From Candidatus Latescibacterota bacterium (lineage in GTDB: Bacteria; Latescibacterota; UBA2968; UBA8231), in assembly GCA_965215195.1 (NCBI GenBank), contig CBDCDC010000002.1, positions 160,001 through 224,000 of the forward strand: 64,000 bases of DNA, given 5' to 3'. The notes below the pieces were generated by a model, which saw only the letters and a list, made by a program, of their open reading frames with translations, searched no databases and was not told the origin of the DNA. This document shows, piece after piece, positions 1-11,157 of this stretch (position 1 is the stretch's first letter; each line of letters starts with the position of its first letter). Made by a program: the position numbers and the translations under genes.

Positions 1-2
1 TC

Positions 3-815
3 TTGGCCTCGGCCGGAGGCGGGTTGAGCAAGCGGTTTAATCCGCACGCGGTGGCCGCGGGCGCAGTGGTCGTCGATAACACATCGGCTTATCGCATGGA
101 CCCAGACGTGCCGCTGGTGGTCCCCGAAATCAATCCCGAGGACTTGGCAGCGCACCGCGGCATCATTGCCAATCCAAATTGTTCGACGATCATCATGGAC
201 GTGGTGGTCTGGCCGCTCTATCAGCGGCGGCGGGTCCAGCGCATTGTGGTCGCGACCTATCAGGCCGTCAGCGGCGCGGGGGCGCGGGCCATGCAGGAGC
301 TGGAGACGCAGACGCAGCAGGTGCTGGCCGGGCAGGAGGTTGCGCCGGCCGAATTCCCACACCCGATTGCCTTTAATTTGTTCTCGCACGATTCGCCGGT
401 CGGGCCGGAGGGGTATTGCGAAGAAGAGCTGAAAATGGTGCGCGAGACCCGCAAGATGTTCCACGACGACGCCCTGCAGATCTCGGCCACGACCATTCGC
501 GTGCCCGTGCTGCGGGCGCATTCCGAGGCGCTCAACGTGGAGTTTGCCGAACCCTTTCCGGCTGCCGAGGCCGAAGCTGTCTTGGCGCAGGCTGCGGGTG
601 TGCGGCTCGTGAACGATCCGGCGCAGAATTATTTCCCCATGCCGATTGAAGCCTCCGGCTGCGACGAGGTGCTGGTCGGGCGCATTCGCCAGGATATTTC
701 GCGGCCCGACGGGACCGGGCTGGATTTGTGGGTCAGCGGCGATCAGTTGCGCAAAGGCGCGGCCCTCAATGCGGTGCAAATCGCCGAGGAGCTCATCGCG
801 CGAAAGTTGTTATAG
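3..815 (+). CDS. asd: Aspartate-semialdehyde dehydrogenase, 5'-truncated by the window edge
   Basis: Motifs VVDNTSAYRM, IIANPNCSTI (catalytic Cys), TYQAVSGAG, RVPVLRAHSE and DQLRKGAALNAVQIAE. Confidence 0.97.
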   Translation: MASAGGGLSKRFNPHAVAAGAVVVDNTSAYRMDPDVPLVVPEINPEDLAAHRGIIANPNCSTIIMDVVVWPLYQRRRVQRIVVATYQAVSGAGARAMQELETQTQQVLAGQEVAPAEFPHPIAFNLFSHDSPVGPEGYCEEELKMVRETRKMFHDDALQISATTIRVPVLRAHSEALNVEFAEPFPAAEAEAVLAQAAGVRLVNDPAQNYFPMPIEASGCDEVLVGRIRQDISRPDGTGLDLWVSGDQLRKGAALNAVQIAEELIARKLL

Positions 816-865
816 GACGTGAAGAGATTGGCAATTAAGAATTTTAGCACATCGGCGGTGAAAGG

Positions 866-1174
866 ATGAAAGAAATTGCTGCTAAAGAAGCCAAGAATCG
901 GTTCGGCCGTGCCCAAAGCGCACCCGTCTGCGTAACAAAGAAAGGCCGGGCGGTTGGTGTGGTGATGTCGATAGAGCAGTACGAGCGACTGCGCGGTGCT
1001 GCATGGGCACGCTTGATGGAGACTATGGACAGCTTGGGGGCCGAGGCTGCGGCGCGTGGTTTGACGGACGCTGGGCTGGAAGTGCTCCTCGCCGATGAAT
1101 CTGCAGGTGATGTCGCCGTTTCAAAACATTCCGATTTTGAGTCCGACAGATTTTCTGGGCCAGAAATGTATTGA
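866..1174 (+). CDS. Phd/YefM-family antitoxin, probably degenerate; no cognate toxin follows
   Basis: N-terminus MKEIAAKEAKNRFG..SAPVCVTKKGRAVGVVMSIEQYE matches the Phd pattern. A few residues seem missing after NRFG and the tail looks like read-through. Confidence 0.8.
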   Translation: MKEIAAKEAKNRFGRAQSAPVCVTKKGRAVGVVMSIEQYERLRGAAWARLMETMDSLGAEAAARGLTDAGLEVLLADESAGDVAVSKHSDFESDRFSGPEMY

Positions 1175-1228
1175 GAGAACGCCATGACCAACGCCAGTGC
1201 CATCTGGCTATAACGAGGGAGAGACGCC

Positions 1229-2038
1229 ATGGATGTCTTGAGTAGAGAAGAACTTGATTTCTTTGCCGCACAGGGGTACGTCGTCGCTCGCCAGGTAATT
1301 GACCGCGACCAAGCCGAGCGCACCGGGCGGGCGGTGTGGGCGTTTGCCGGCATGGACCCGGACGATCGCGGGACTTGGTATCCAAAGAATCGGCGCGGCA
1401 TCATGGTCGAGATTTACCACCACCAGACTATGTGGGACAACCGCACGAGCCCTCGGGTCCACCGGGCTTTCAGCCAGATTTGGGGCACGGACAAGCTGTG
1501 GGTCAGCCACGATCGGGCCAGCATCAATCCGCCGGTCTTAGACAAAGATGCGCCCGAGCACAATCTGCACTGGGACGCAGCCTTAGATAAGCGTCCTTTG
1601 CCTTTTGGCGTGCAGGGCGTGCTCTATCTGAGCGACACGCCGGCCGCGCAGGGGGCCTTTATTTGCGTGCCGGGGTTCCACCAGCGCTTAGAGGCGTGGC
1701 TCGACGAGCTGCCGGAGGGGGCCAACCCCCGCAAGCAAGATCTGCTGGTCTTGGGATCGCGGCGCATCGGGGCCGAGGCCGGCGACTTGGTCATCTGGCG
1801 CACGGCCCTGCCGCACACGGCAAGCGTCAATCGCGGCGACGCGCCTCGCGTGGCGCAGTACATCACCATGAAGCCAGCCGGCGAGGGCGAAGAGGCGCGG
1901 CGGTTGCGCACGGACTTTTGGCAGCGGCGGCTGTCCGGGCTAGGGCGCTATGCCGAGGAGCGCGAGCACCGCGAAGAGAAGACGGCTGAGTTGACGAGTT
2001 TGGGGCGGAAGTTGGCCGGGGTGGATCCTTGGCGATGA
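1229..2038 (+). CDS. Phytanoyl-CoA dioxygenase (PhyH) family Fe(II)/2OG oxygenase
   Basis: FFAAQGYVV start, LHWD (HxD), [12 protein letters not shown], distal Arg. Confidence 0.9.
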   Translation: MDVLSREELDFFAAQGYVVARQVIDRDQAERTGRAVWAFAGMDPDDRGTWYPKNRRGIMVEIYHHQTMWDNRTSPRVHRAFSQIWGTDKLWVSHDRASINPPVLDKDAPEHNLHWDAALDKRPLPFGVQGVLYLSDTPAAQGAFICVPGFHQRLEAWLDELPEGANPRKQDLLVLGSRRIGAEAGDLVIWRTALPHTASVNRGDAPRVAQYITMKPAGEGEEARRLRTDFWQRRLSGLGRYAEEREHREEKTAELTSLGRKLAGVDPWR

Positions 2039-2100
2039 GGACGGCGAGCGGCAAAAAAAGAAAGACTGGAAGCGCACTCGGCATTTCCGGGTCTGGCGAA

Positions 2101-3285
2101 ATGCAGACGAAGCAATCGGTTTACGACAGGCGAAAGTACCGCGTGAAAAACGTCGAGGGTGCCAAGCAGATTTCTGCAAATTACCTAAAGGATATAGACC
2201 TCGACAACGCAATTGAATTTGGGCTGCCCGAGGTGGATGACCGCTATCACATCTGGCGAGTGCCATTAAAAGGTAGAGATGGACACAAGGTGGGCGAAGT
2301 TGCGATTGATGCACATACGAGTTTGATACAACAAAAAAAGACGACGCAAAAGCAGGTCTTAGAAGCGCGGTTACTAGGGCGCACAAACAAAAAACAAAAA
2401 AAAGAGACGAGCCTACCTAAGATCTCAAATTTGCGTAACACGATTGGTTTGGGAGATAGCGAAGTACTGCTTGCGCAGACGCCCTCTGAGTCCATCGATC
2501 TCGTCTTCACCTCTCCTCCCTACTACAATGCGCGACCTGAATACTCTGATTACATTCAATACGATGAATACTTGCTCAAGATGAGAAAGGTAATACACCA
2601 ATGTAACAGAGTGCTAAATGAAGGAAGATTTTTTGTTATAAATATATCGCCCGTGTTAATTCGCCGAGCAAGTCGAAGTGAATCATCTAAGAGAATAGCT
2701 GTCCCCTTTGATTTTCACCGCATTTTTATCGAAGAGGGATTCGAGTTTATTGATGACATAATATGGGTGAAACCGGAAGGTGCCGGTTGGGCAACCGGGC
2801 GTGGCCGGCGGTTTGCCGCTGATAGAAATCCACTGCAATACAAGGCCGTCCCCGTAACGGAGTACATTTTAGTCTATCGCAAGAAAACGGATAAATTGAT
2901 CGATTGGCACATCCGCAAGCATCCACAGCAAAACTTAGTTGCGGCGTCGCGGATTGAGGACGGATATGAAGTAACCAACCTTTGGAACATACATCCTGCC
3001 CACAGCAAAAAGCATCCGGCGATATTCCCCGTAGAGCTAGCCGAAAAAGTGATCCAGTACTATTCGTTCAAAAACGACGTCGTCCTCGATCCCTTTGCCG
3101 GCATTGGCACCGTGGGACAAGCGGCCATCAAGCTAGATAGGCGATTCGTGTTATTTGAGATAAACGAGGACTACATCGACGAAATGAGGAAAAATATCGA
3201 GAACTGGTTACAGCAGGAAGTCGAAGACGTGAATTGGATAAACTGCGAACCGGTCACTCCTGTTAAGAACTATATTAAATTTTAG
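2101..3285 (+). CDS. Type II DNA amino-methyltransferase, beta class, probably N4-cytosine (ORF open from 2029)
   Basis: [10 protein letters not shown] (motif IV) precedes HPAIFP and [10 protein letters not shown] (motif I); low GC; adjacent to an endonuclease gene. Confidence 0.93.
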   Translation: MQTKQSVYDRRKYRVKNVEGAKQISANYLKDIDLDNAIEFGLPEVDDRYHIWRVPLKGRDGHKVGEVAIDAHTSLIQQKKTTQKQVLEARLLGRTNKKQKKETSLPKISNLRNTIGLGDSEVLLAQTPSESIDLVFTSPPYYNARPEYSDYIQYDEYLLKMRKVIHQCNRVLNEGRFFVINISPVLIRRASRSESSKRIAVPFDFHRIFIEEGFEFIDDIIWVKPEGAGWATGRGRRFAADRNPLQYKAVPVTEYILVYRKKTDKLIDWHIRKHPQQNLVAASRIEDGYEVTNLWNIHPAHSKKHPAIFPVELAEKVIQYYSFKNDVVLDPFAGIGTVGQAAIKLDRRFVLFEINEDYIDEMRKNIENWLQQEVEDVNWINCEPVTPVKNYIKF

Positions 3286-3287
3286 GA

Positions 3288-4376
3288 TTGGATAGACAAA
3301 TGCTTTATGAAAAGATGTCGAACAATGTCCCCCGTAGCGGTGAGACTCTCGCAAAGTATAGAGGCGTTGAAGTCATTGATAGAATTGGTGAGGATATAGT
3401 TAAGGAAGTTGTGACTTCCGTACTGTGCGGCGAAAATATCCGTTCTTTAACCGAGGGATTGACCCGCAGAAGATTAGCACTTTCAAATGCGGCGTTATTT
3501 ATGACGTTTCTTAAATCCAATCACGATATTGAAAATTTTATCGATAAGCTACCAGAGATTGTAAAAATAGAACTAAATTCAAACATTTCGAGTGAGAAGA
3601 AGCTATTTCTGCAATGGTGTATTGGGTTGACGGGAAAAAGCATACAGAATGTACTAAGAAATAAAGATGACGAACTCGATAATTATCTCAATGCTCTTGA
3701 GGAATCCCTCAAAAAGTCTGCGGCTAAATGTAAAATCGACTATGGAGAGCTCGAAGGCATTTTAGAAGTTCAGGGCGTAAAGTGCAAGGTAAATTGGCCC
3801 TTCATTCTCTATCTCTTTGCTGCTATTGGTACTCAAACATTAGCAATCAGAGGCTCTGAAAAATCAATGTATGGCAAATTGTTCGAGAAACTTATATTGG
3901 GTTCTCTGCTTTCTCTGTTAGGATTCCAAAAGGTCGATCCTCGAACTGATAAAACTGATAGGGTTTTTTGGCTCTCCGAACGCGGAGAAAAACGAGAAAG
4001 CGATGCTACTCTATTATATAGACTAGGTGTTGGGGTAAGGTTTGATATTGGCTTTATCGGGCCGGGAAATACAGAGATTTCTTTAGATAAAGTATCCAGA
4101 TTTGAAAAGGAGATGGAGTTAGGGAGACAATTGCACTATATGTCAACAATTATTCTAGTGGATAGGATTGGTGAAGGGAGTCGTATTGTCGAGATGGCCC
4201 AAGCAATAAATGGAGATATTGTCCAAATGAGTATGACGCACTGGACGAAAGAAGTAGCAAATATATTGGCGGCGAAAATAGATTTTAAGCATCCTATAGT
4301 GGAATTATCAAATAGTGAGAGTTTAGAATACATTAGAGAAGGGATGCAGCAGATCAACCTAAGAGAGTTTATATAA
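3288..4376 (+). CDS. Type II restriction endonuclease, CfrBI-like family
   Basis: Low-GC ORF coupled to the MTase. Segments IRGSEKSMYGKLFEKLILGSLL, KRESDATL and RFDIGFIGPGNTEISLDKVSRF resemble the CfrBI family (recalled, not searched). Confidence 0.8.
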   Translation: MDRQMLYEKMSNNVPRSGETLAKYRGVEVIDRIGEDIVKEVVTSVLCGENIRSLTEGLTRRRLALSNAALFMTFLKSNHDIENFIDKLPEIVKIELNSNISSEKKLFLQWCIGLTGKSIQNVLRNKDDELDNYLNALEESLKKSAAKCKIDYGELEGILEVQGVKCKVNWPFILYLFAAIGTQTLAIRGSEKSMYGKLFEKLILGSLLSLLGFQKVDPRTDKTDRVFWLSERGEKRESDATLLYRLGVGVRFDIGFIGPGNTEISLDKVSRFEKEMELGRQLHYMSTIILVDRIGEGSRIVEMAQAINGDIVQMSMTHWTKEVANILAAKIDFKHPIVELSNSESLEYIREGMQQINLREFI

Positions 4377-4421
4377 TTTCAATGAGAATTTTCTTATCCC
4401 AACGTTAGCTCTTGCCAGTCC

Positions 4422-5552
4422 CTACACGCATATATGCTCGATGAAGCGGGCGTAGAGATCGACGCTGGCGCGCAATTGGTCGGTTTTGATCCATTCGTTG
4501 GCGGTGTGGGCTTGGGCAATGTCGCCCGGACCGAGGACGATCATTTGTTTCATCTTCTCGACAAAAGCCATGCCGTCGGTGCCGTAGGCCACTGTGGTGG
4601 GTGTGGGGTGGCCCGTTAGCTCGAGCGCCGTGCGAACCAGCGGGGCATCCACTGCCGTGTAGAGCGGCTCGCCGCGATGCTTGAGCGCGAAGTCGAGGCC
4701 GTGTTTTTGTGCGCTTTTGCGGGTTGTGTCGATCAAATCATCGACGTCGATGCCGGGCATGGGGCGGTAGTTGAGGGTGCAGATGCTCTGGGCGGGGGAA
4801 ATGTTAGTGGCGCGGTTGTGGTCGTTGATGCCGATGCACCACTCGGAGTGCGGCGGCGCGAACTCCTCGTTGCGGTAGCGGTGTGCGCTGAGCACCCGCT
4901 CGTTGAATTGCTTCATCTCCGCGAGAAAGGGAATCATCTTGAGGTTGGCGTTGATGCCCTTCAAGGTGCTGGTGTGCGCGGGGCGTCCCTTGGCGGTGAC
5001 TTGGATGGCGAGCGAGCCTTTGTGGGCGTGGACGACGCGGAGGCTGGTGGGTTCGCAGATGATGCCGCAGCCAGTGCTGGCCTCGGCAAAGAGCTTGGAG
5101 TGGGCCGTGACCTTTTGTGCGCCGACGGCGTGGACCTCCTCGTCGGCCGTGACGACGATGTAGAGCGGGGCGGTGAGATCGGCGGCCTTGAAGCGGGCGG
5201 CCGCGCAAATCGAAGCGGCAAGGGGGCCTTTCATGTCGCAGGCACCGCGGCCGTAGAGCTTGCCGTTGGCGTCGTAGGGGTCGTAGGGACCGCGGTGCCA
5301 GCCGTCGGCCGGATTGGCCGGGACGACGTCGTCGTGGCTCATCAAGGCCAGTCCGCCCTCGCCGGTGCCCAGCTTGCCGACGATAGAGAGCTTGGCCACG
5401 CCCGCCTCATCTGTGTAGGGCACTTCTTCTAGGTGGAAACCAAGCTGATCTAAGACCCCGGCTACGTATTGGGTGACTTCGACGTTGCTGGTTTGGCTTT
5501 CCGAGGGATAGGCGACTAATGCCTTGGTCAGGTTGACGACGTCGAATTTCAT
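4422..5552 (-). CDS. M20 family amidohydrolase, acetylornithine deacetylase (ArgE)-like
   Basis: SHDDVVP, GRGACDMKG, TADEE, CEPT, GPGDIAQAHTANE. Confidence 0.9.
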   Translation of the reverse strand: MKFDVVNLTKALVAYPSESQTSNVEVTQYVAGVLDQLGFHLEEVPYTDEAGVAKLSIVGKLGTGEGGLALMSHDDVVPANPADGWHRGPYDPYDANGKLYGRGACDMKGPLAASICAAARFKAADLTAPLYIVVTADEEVHAVGAQKVTAHSKLFAEASTGCGIICEPTSLRVVHAHKGSLAIQVTAKGRPAHTSTLKGINANLKMIPFLAEMKQFNERVLSAHRYRNEEFAPPHSEWCIGINDHNRATNISPAQSICTLNYRPMPGIDVDDLIDTTRKSAQKHGLDFALKHRGEPLYTAVDAPLVRTALELTGHPTPTTVAYGTDGMAFVEKMKQMIVLGPGDIAQAHTANEWIKTDQLRASVDLYARFIEHICV

Positions 5553-5666
5553 CGCAGATGCGCTTTCGCCGAGGAGGTGATTGGCACAAGGTACAAATTT
5601 AGTAGAGGGCTATCAAGGGCGTTGACAGACCAGCCAAAAGGCGGTATGAATAGGCGAGCGAAAAGC

Positions 5667-5705
5667 AAAAAAGCGGCCCGCCTCCAAAGAGCGGAAGCGG
5701 GCCGG
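5667..5705 (-). terminator. Probable rho-independent terminator downstream of the DUF5069-like gene
   Basis: GC-rich imperfect hairpin cggcccgcctcc...ggaagcgggccg preceded on the + strand by an A6 run (U-tract on the - strand). Confidence 0.6.
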
Positions 5706-5727
5706 CAGACGAGAGGGACAGAGCCCT

Positions 5728-6162
5728 TTAGCTCAAGGCGTTGTGCAGTTCAGTCCAATCGTCGAGGTTGTTGAGATTGACCGCGTCGAGGATGCTGCCG
5801 TCGTCGCTGAGGCCAGCGGCGTCGAGGATGCTGGCGCGGGTCTCGTCGTCGTGGTTGTACCCGCGGATGGCGGCGTTGGAAGCGTCGATCTCGCTCTGGG
5901 GAATGGAGCCGCCGCGCTGGGCCTTGACCCAGTTTTCAAAGTCGATATAGCTGGCCTTATTGTCCTTGACGTAGGCCACGGCTGCGTCGCGGTCAATGCC
6001 GAGGCCGTCGAGAACCATCTGGTCGAAGCCGGCGCCGCATTCCGGGTAGTCCGCAGCCAACTCGCCGGCCGCGCTCAGGCGCAGCTTGGACCACAGACGG
6101 GGCAAGTGAATCGCGCCGAGCGGCCCGGCTATATCCGAACTGATATTAGGTATGATGGCCAT
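5728..6162 (-). CDS. DUF5069-like protein
   Basis: GPLGAIHLPRLWSKLRL...YPECGAGFDQMVLDGLGID pattern; GGAG-like RBS upstream. Confidence 0.7.
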   Translation of the reverse strand: MAIIPNISSDIAGPLGAIHLPRLWSKLRLSAAGELAADYPECGAGFDQMVLDGLGIDRDAAVAYVKDNKASYIDFENWVKAQRGGSIPQSEIDASNAAIRGYNHDDETRASILDAAGLSDDGSILDAVNLNNLDDWTELHNALS

Positions 6163-6241
6163 GAGGTTCCTCCTATGGGAATGGGTTGAATAAGCGGCCT
6201 AAACAGTACGGCCGCTCAGGCCGGTTGTCAAACGGAGAGCA

Positions 6242-7345
6242 ATGGACAAAATACGCTTTGGCGTCATTGGGGCCGCCGGCCGCGGAAGCGGCTTTGTTCC
6301 CACCCTGCTGGCCCATCCGGCCACGGAGATTGCCGTGCTGTGCGACATCCGCCGGGAAGCGGTCGAGCACCACGCGGCTGAATTGGGCGTCGAACAGGTA
6401 TTCGCGGACGCCGATGAAATGCTCGACGCCGGGGGCGTGGACGCGGTCGTCGTGGGTACGCCCATGCCGTGGCACGCGCCCCAGGCCATTGCGGCTTTGG
6501 AGCGCGACATCCACGTGCTCAGCGAGGTGACGGCCGGAGTGTCGGTCGAGGAGTGCCGCGATTTGACGCGGGCGGCGCGGCGCAGCCGAGCCGTCTATAT
6601 GATGGCCGAGAACTACGTGTACACCAAGTCCAACACACTGGTAAAAGCGCTGGCCGAGCGCGGCCTTTTCGGCGAGTTGTACTATGCTGAAGGGGCCTAT
6701 ATCCACGAACTGAAACAGCTCAACGAGATCACGCCTTGGCGGCGGCGCTGGCAGACGGGGGTCAATGGTTGCACCTATGCCACGCACAGCTTGGGGCCGG
6801 TGCTGACGTGGTTTGCCGGGCAGCGGGTGGTGGCCGTCTGCGCGGTGGGCACCGGGCACCACTACCGAGATCCGCGCGGCGCTTTGTACGAAATGGAGGA
6901 TTCGGTGACCATGGTGTGCCGGCTCTCGGGCGGCGGGTTGGCGCATATCCGGGTCGATATGCTCTCGGACCGGCCGCACCACATGGTGCATTATGCGTTG
7001 CAGGGGACCGATGGCGCGTACGAGTCGGCTGACGGCTTTGCGGCCGCGGCCAAAATCTGGCTGCGCAGCCGCAGCGATAAGCCGCGCTGGGAGCCTTTGC
7101 AGGCCCTAGAGGAATTTTTGCCCGATTATTGGCAGCACCCGCCGGCAGAAGCTCTTGCTGCTGGACACGGCGGCGGCGACTATTGGGAGGTACAGGACTT
7201 TGTCGCAGCCATTCGCGGGGAAAAGGCACCGGCCATTGGCATTGACTTGGCAATGGACATGACCTTGCCCGGCCTCGTCAGCCAACAGTCGCTCGCCCAA
7301 GGGTCGGCTTGGGTGGCCGTGCCCGATTCGCGCAACTGGACCTGA
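6242..7345 (+). CDS. Gfo/Idh/MocA family oxidoreductase
   Basis: RFGVIGAAGRG, DAVVVGTPMPWH, HVLSEV, YMMAENY, GHGGGDY. Confidence 0.93.
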   Translation: MDKIRFGVIGAAGRGSGFVPTLLAHPATEIAVLCDIRREAVEHHAAELGVEQVFADADEMLDAGGVDAVVVGTPMPWHAPQAIAALERDIHVLSEVTAGVSVEECRDLTRAARRSRAVYMMAENYVYTKSNTLVKALAERGLFGELYYAEGAYIHELKQLNEITPWRRRWQTGVNGCTYATHSLGPVLTWFAGQRVVAVCAVGTGHHYRDPRGALYEMEDSVTMVCRLSGGGLAHIRVDMLSDRPHHMVHYALQGTDGAYESADGFAAAAKIWLRSRSDKPRWEPLQALEEFLPDYWQHPPAEALAAGHGGGDYWEVQDFVAAIRGEKAPAIGIDLAMDMTLPGLVSQQSLAQGSAWVAVPDSRNWT

Positions 7346-7357
7346 AGGAGCCAGATT

Positions 7358-8941
7358 ATGCCTAAGCCCAAAATTATGTTCTACCACGACGGCCGGCACC
7401 CCCTGATCTACATGTACGAGCCGCCGATGCAGAAGGAGGAATACGAGCAGGGGGTAGATGAGCTGTTGGGCACACCAGTCGAGGCCATCATGTTCTGTCT
7501 CGGCGATGGCCGCACCGTGCTGCACGACACCGAGGTGGGGGAGCTGTGGGGCCACAATGTGAAGCGGTGGCCGCATTTGATTTTTCGCCGCGCCCACCAA
7601 AATGCCCGCGACCTAATCCGCAAGGGGCACGATCCCCTGCGCCTGATTTGCGACCGCGCCCACCAGTACGGCAAGCTGGTCTATCCGACGCTGTTGGTGC
7701 AGCAGGGCCGGGGGCCGCGGGAAGAGGACGTGCGCTGCTCGGATTTCCGCTTTGACAACGCCCATCTCGAAATCGGGGCGCAAGACGGTGTGCCAGCCGA
7801 TTTTCCCGGCCGCACCTGCCTCGACTTCAAGCACCAAGAAGTCCGCGACGAGCGCTTTGCCCTGATTGCCGAGACGCTAGAAAAATATCCGGTCGATGGC
7901 TTTGAGCTGCAGATGAACTACCAGCCGTTCTACTTCCATCCAGACGAGGTCGCGGCCGGCCGCAACATTATGACCGAGTGGGTGCGCAAGGTGCATGGTG
8001 CCGTCAAGCAAAGCGGCAAGCAACGCGAATTGGCCATCCGCATCCCCCACAGCATTGAGGGGTGCTATGCCGTCGGCATGGACATTGCAGCGTGGTTGCG
8101 CGAAGGGCTGGTCGATGTGCTGATCGGCCAGGCGTTTTCCGGCCCGGAACTGCTGGATTCGACCATTGATTTCCGGCCCTTGGTTGTGGCGGCCCAAGGC
8201 ACGGGCTGTCGGGTCCACGCGGCCTTGCAAAGCCATGTGGACTCCGATCGCTTGGGGGAGGCGACCATTGAGATGGTGCGCGGGGCCGCCTGCAACTTTT
8301 GGGCGCAAGGCGTCGATGGCCTGTACTTGGCGCACTGGTTTGGCAATTGGCCGTACCAGGCCTCCTTCTACGAGAAGCTGCGGGAATTGCCCTATCGAGA
8401 GGTCATGGCCGCCCGCGACAAAATTTACTACGTACCGACCGCGACCGGGCGCTATCCCAATCCCACCACCGAGCCGGGGACGACCATGCAGCTACCGGCC
8501 TATTTGCAAAAGGGACACAAGGCTTCCATCGCGCTGGCGGTCAGCGACGATTTGCGGGGCTGGGCCAAGGTTGGCCGGGTCCACGAGGTGCTGCTGCGGG
8601 TGCGGGTGATGGGCCACACCGAGCGCGATCGGCTGAAATTTTACCTCAACGGCCGGGAGTTGCCCGCCAGTCTGTTGCGCAAGATCAACGAATTGTACCG
8701 GATGTCGGCCCCGCGCTATCGCACGGGATCGGGGTATTGGTACGCGTTTAGGCTGGACGCCAAACACTGGCCGAAAAAGGGGAACAACGCGCTCGCTGTC
8801 GAATTGGTGCGGCGAGACGCGCAGGCCCTGCCGGAGATTTTTGTGCGCGACGTGGAACTGGATATCAAATACCTGATGGGGCGCAATTTTCACCGCGGCC
8901 AAGACGTAGATCTGGGGCCGAGCGAATCGTCGGGGATCTAG
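7358..8941 (+). CDS. Hypothetical protein with a glycoside-hydrolase-like (GHL10-like) TIM barrel
   Basis: LDFKHQEVRDERFALIAETLEKYPVDGFELQ resembles the GHL10-like core; paralogous to 17366..18916. Confidence 0.6.
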   Translation: MPKPKIMFYHDGRHPLIYMYEPPMQKEEYEQGVDELLGTPVEAIMFCLGDGRTVLHDTEVGELWGHNVKRWPHLIFRRAHQNARDLIRKGHDPLRLICDRAHQYGKLVYPTLLVQQGRGPREEDVRCSDFRFDNAHLEIGAQDGVPADFPGRTCLDFKHQEVRDERFALIAETLEKYPVDGFELQMNYQPFYFHPDEVAAGRNIMTEWVRKVHGAVKQSGKQRELAIRIPHSIEGCYAVGMDIAAWLREGLVDVLIGQAFSGPELLDSTIDFRPLVVAAQGTGCRVHAALQSHVDSDRLGEATIEMVRGAACNFWAQGVDGLYLAHWFGNWPYQASFYEKLRELPYREVMAARDKIYYVPTATGRYPNPTTEPGTTMQLPAYLQKGHKASIALAVSDDLRGWAKVGRVHEVLLRVRVMGHTERDRLKFYLNGRELPASLLRKINELYRMSAPRYRTGSGYWYAFRLDAKHWPKKGNNALAVELVRRDAQALPEIFVRDVELDIKYLMGRNFHRGQDVDLGPSESSGI

Positions 8942-9204
8942 CGCACAAGAGGGTGAGTGCCATTGTTGGAAATTATGAATTGCAGGACGTTATTCGTTTA
9001 CACCCGCGATGGACATGCGATCGTCGTTTCAGCGCGGGATATGAATAACAAAGAAAGGGAAAAGTATGGCCAGTAAAACGCCCGTTTCAATGGCCCGAAC
9101 CTATCGCGATATTGGAGCTTGCTGGGACGAACGCGCTGATACAAAAAAAATCCTGCAAACCGAGGCCTAATCGCTCCAATTGTCCTCAAATCGAAAGGAA
9201 TCTC

Positions 9205-10926
9205 ATGCCCAGAAGTATTCGCAATTTTGCCATTTTTGCCCTCGCCTTGATCGTCTCTGGCATCATCGGCGTCACAGTAGCTCCTACTTGGACCGTAGAG
9301 AAAATCACATTGGACGTACACGAGGACGCCGAGGGTACGTATTACATCTACCGCGGCAAGCCGGCCTATTTCGAGGCCGTGCCTTGGGCCGAGGCCCAGT
9401 TGCGTCCCGACAAGGCAGGCGGGTGGGAAGCTAAGGCCCCACTGGCCGAGGAGTTCGCCGTTGAAGAGCGCGGCGGGCAAGCCTTTTACTACCAACTGCT
9501 GCCCAAGCGGCACTGGAGCTATTGGTCGTTGCTGCCGGCCGTGGTGGCCGTGCTGTTGTGTTGGCTGACCAAAGAGCCCGTAACCTCCCTGTTGGGCGGC
9601 ATTGTCGCCGGCGCCCTCCTCATGGGCCAATACGACTTTACCGGCGAGGTGTTGGTCCCCTCGTTGGCGACGAAGAGTTCGGCCGGGGTCTTGCTGCTCT
9701 ACTTGTGGCTGTTGGGCGGGCTGATGGGAATATGGTCGCGCACGGGTGCGGCCCAAGCGTTTGCCGAGTTTATGACCGTGCGCTTTGTGCGCGGCCCCAG
9801 AAGCGCCAAGCTGGTCGCCTGGCTGCTCGGGGTCGTCTTCTTCCAGGGCGGTACCGTCAGCACGGTGCTGGTCGGCACTACGGTCAAACCGATTGCCGAC
9901 AACGAGAAAATCAGCCACGAGGAGCTGGCATACGTGGTGGATTCAACGGCCTCGCCGATTGCCTCCCAACTTGCGTTCAACGCTTGGCCCGGTTACGTGC
10001 AGGCGTTCATTTTCGTCTCGGGCGTCAGCTTCTTGGCTACGGAAGCCGACCGCATTGCCTTCTTTTTTCAGAGTGTGCCCTTTTGTTTTTACGCCATTTT
10101 TGCCGTCTTGGGCACGTTCCTCCTCAGCATTGAAAAGCCCCTCTTTTTGGGCAAGCAACTCGGGGAGGCGATCCAGCGCGCGCGCACGACCGGCCAGCTC
10201 GATGCCCCGGGTGCCGATCCCCTGAGCGCCAAAGAGCTGCAAGGGAGCAACGTACCCGAAGGTTACACGCCGCACGTGCTCGAATTCTTCTTGCCGCTGG
10301 GCACGCTCATCGCCATTGCCGTCGGCACCTTTATCACCAGCGGCTCGCCCAATGTGCAGTGGGCCTTTGGCATTGCGCTGCTGTTGGCTGCGGGCATGGC
10401 TTTGGCCAAGGGCATGGGACTCAAAGACCTCATCGGCGGTTTTCACGACGGCCTCAAGGGCGTGGTGCTCGGCTCGGTGATTTTGCTGCTGGCCATCACC
10501 ATCGGCGGCATCAGCAAGGAGACCGGCGGCAGCATCTTTTTGGTCGAACAGCTCGGCGAGACCATTCCGTATTTCCTCCTGCCGGTCATGCTCCAGCTTC
10601 TCACCATGGCCATTGCCTTTTCCACTGGCACGAGCTGGGGCACGTACGCAGTGGCCTTCCCGCTGGCCATGCCGCTGGCTTGGGCCGTGGCCGGTGCCAA
10701 TGGCTTGGCGCATCCCGAGCTTTTTATGACGCTGTGTTTTGCCGCGGTCATGGACGGCAGCGTGTACGGCGACCAGTGCTCGCCGATTTCGGATACCACC
10801 GTGCTTAGCTCCATGTGTACGGGCTGCGACCTGATGGACCACGTCAAAACGCAAATCCCGCAGGCGACGGTTGCGGCGAGCTTGGCGGCTTTGTGCTGGA
10901 CCCTCGTGGCGTTCTTCACCGCCTAG
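9205..10926 (+). CDS. NhaC-family Na+/H+ antiporter-like membrane transporter
   Basis: Many TM helices; [20 protein letters not shown] and [15 protein letters not shown]; RBS AAGGA before ATG 9205. Confidence 0.9.
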   Translation: MPRSIRNFAIFALALIVSGIIGVTVAPTWTVEKITLDVHEDAEGTYYIYRGKPAYFEAVPWAEAQLRPDKAGGWEAKAPLAEEFAVEERGGQAFYYQLLPKRHWSYWSLLPAVVAVLLCWLTKEPVTSLLGGIVAGALLMGQYDFTGEVLVPSLATKSSAGVLLLYLWLLGGLMGIWSRTGAAQAFAEFMTVRFVRGPRSAKLVAWLLGVVFFQGGTVSTVLVGTTVKPIADNEKISHEELAYVVDSTASPIASQLAFNAWPGYVQAFIFVSGVSFLATEADRIAFFFQSVPFCFYAIFAVLGTFLLSIEKPLFLGKQLGEAIQRARTTGQLDAPGADPLSAKELQGSNVPEGYTPHVLEFFLPLGTLIAIAVGTFITSGSPNVQWAFGIALLLAAGMALAKGMGLKDLIGGFHDGLKGVVLGSVILLLAITIGGISKETGGSIFLVEQLGETIPYFLLPVMLQLLTMAIAFSTGTSWGTYAVAFPLAMPLAWAVAGANGLAHPELFMTLCFAAVMDGSVYGDQCSPISDTTVLSSMCTGCDLMDHVKTQIPQATVAASLAALCWTLVAFFTA

Positions 10927-11157
10927 TTTTTGCAAGATCGCGGTTACTTTCCCCTCCAGTGCCTCGCGTGCTGGAGGGGATTATTTTTGGGTAATTCACA
11001 GTGTTTAATGCGAGTTGATCGGTGCTGGCAAAGCATGGGCGACGCGATCCAGCCTAAGCGAAAGGCCGATGGCATCTTTTGGTCTCTGGCAAAACTCCGT
11101 ACTATTACAGAAATACGCATTGATTTAGCATTCTTCTCTATTTTGGGAGCCTGCGCT

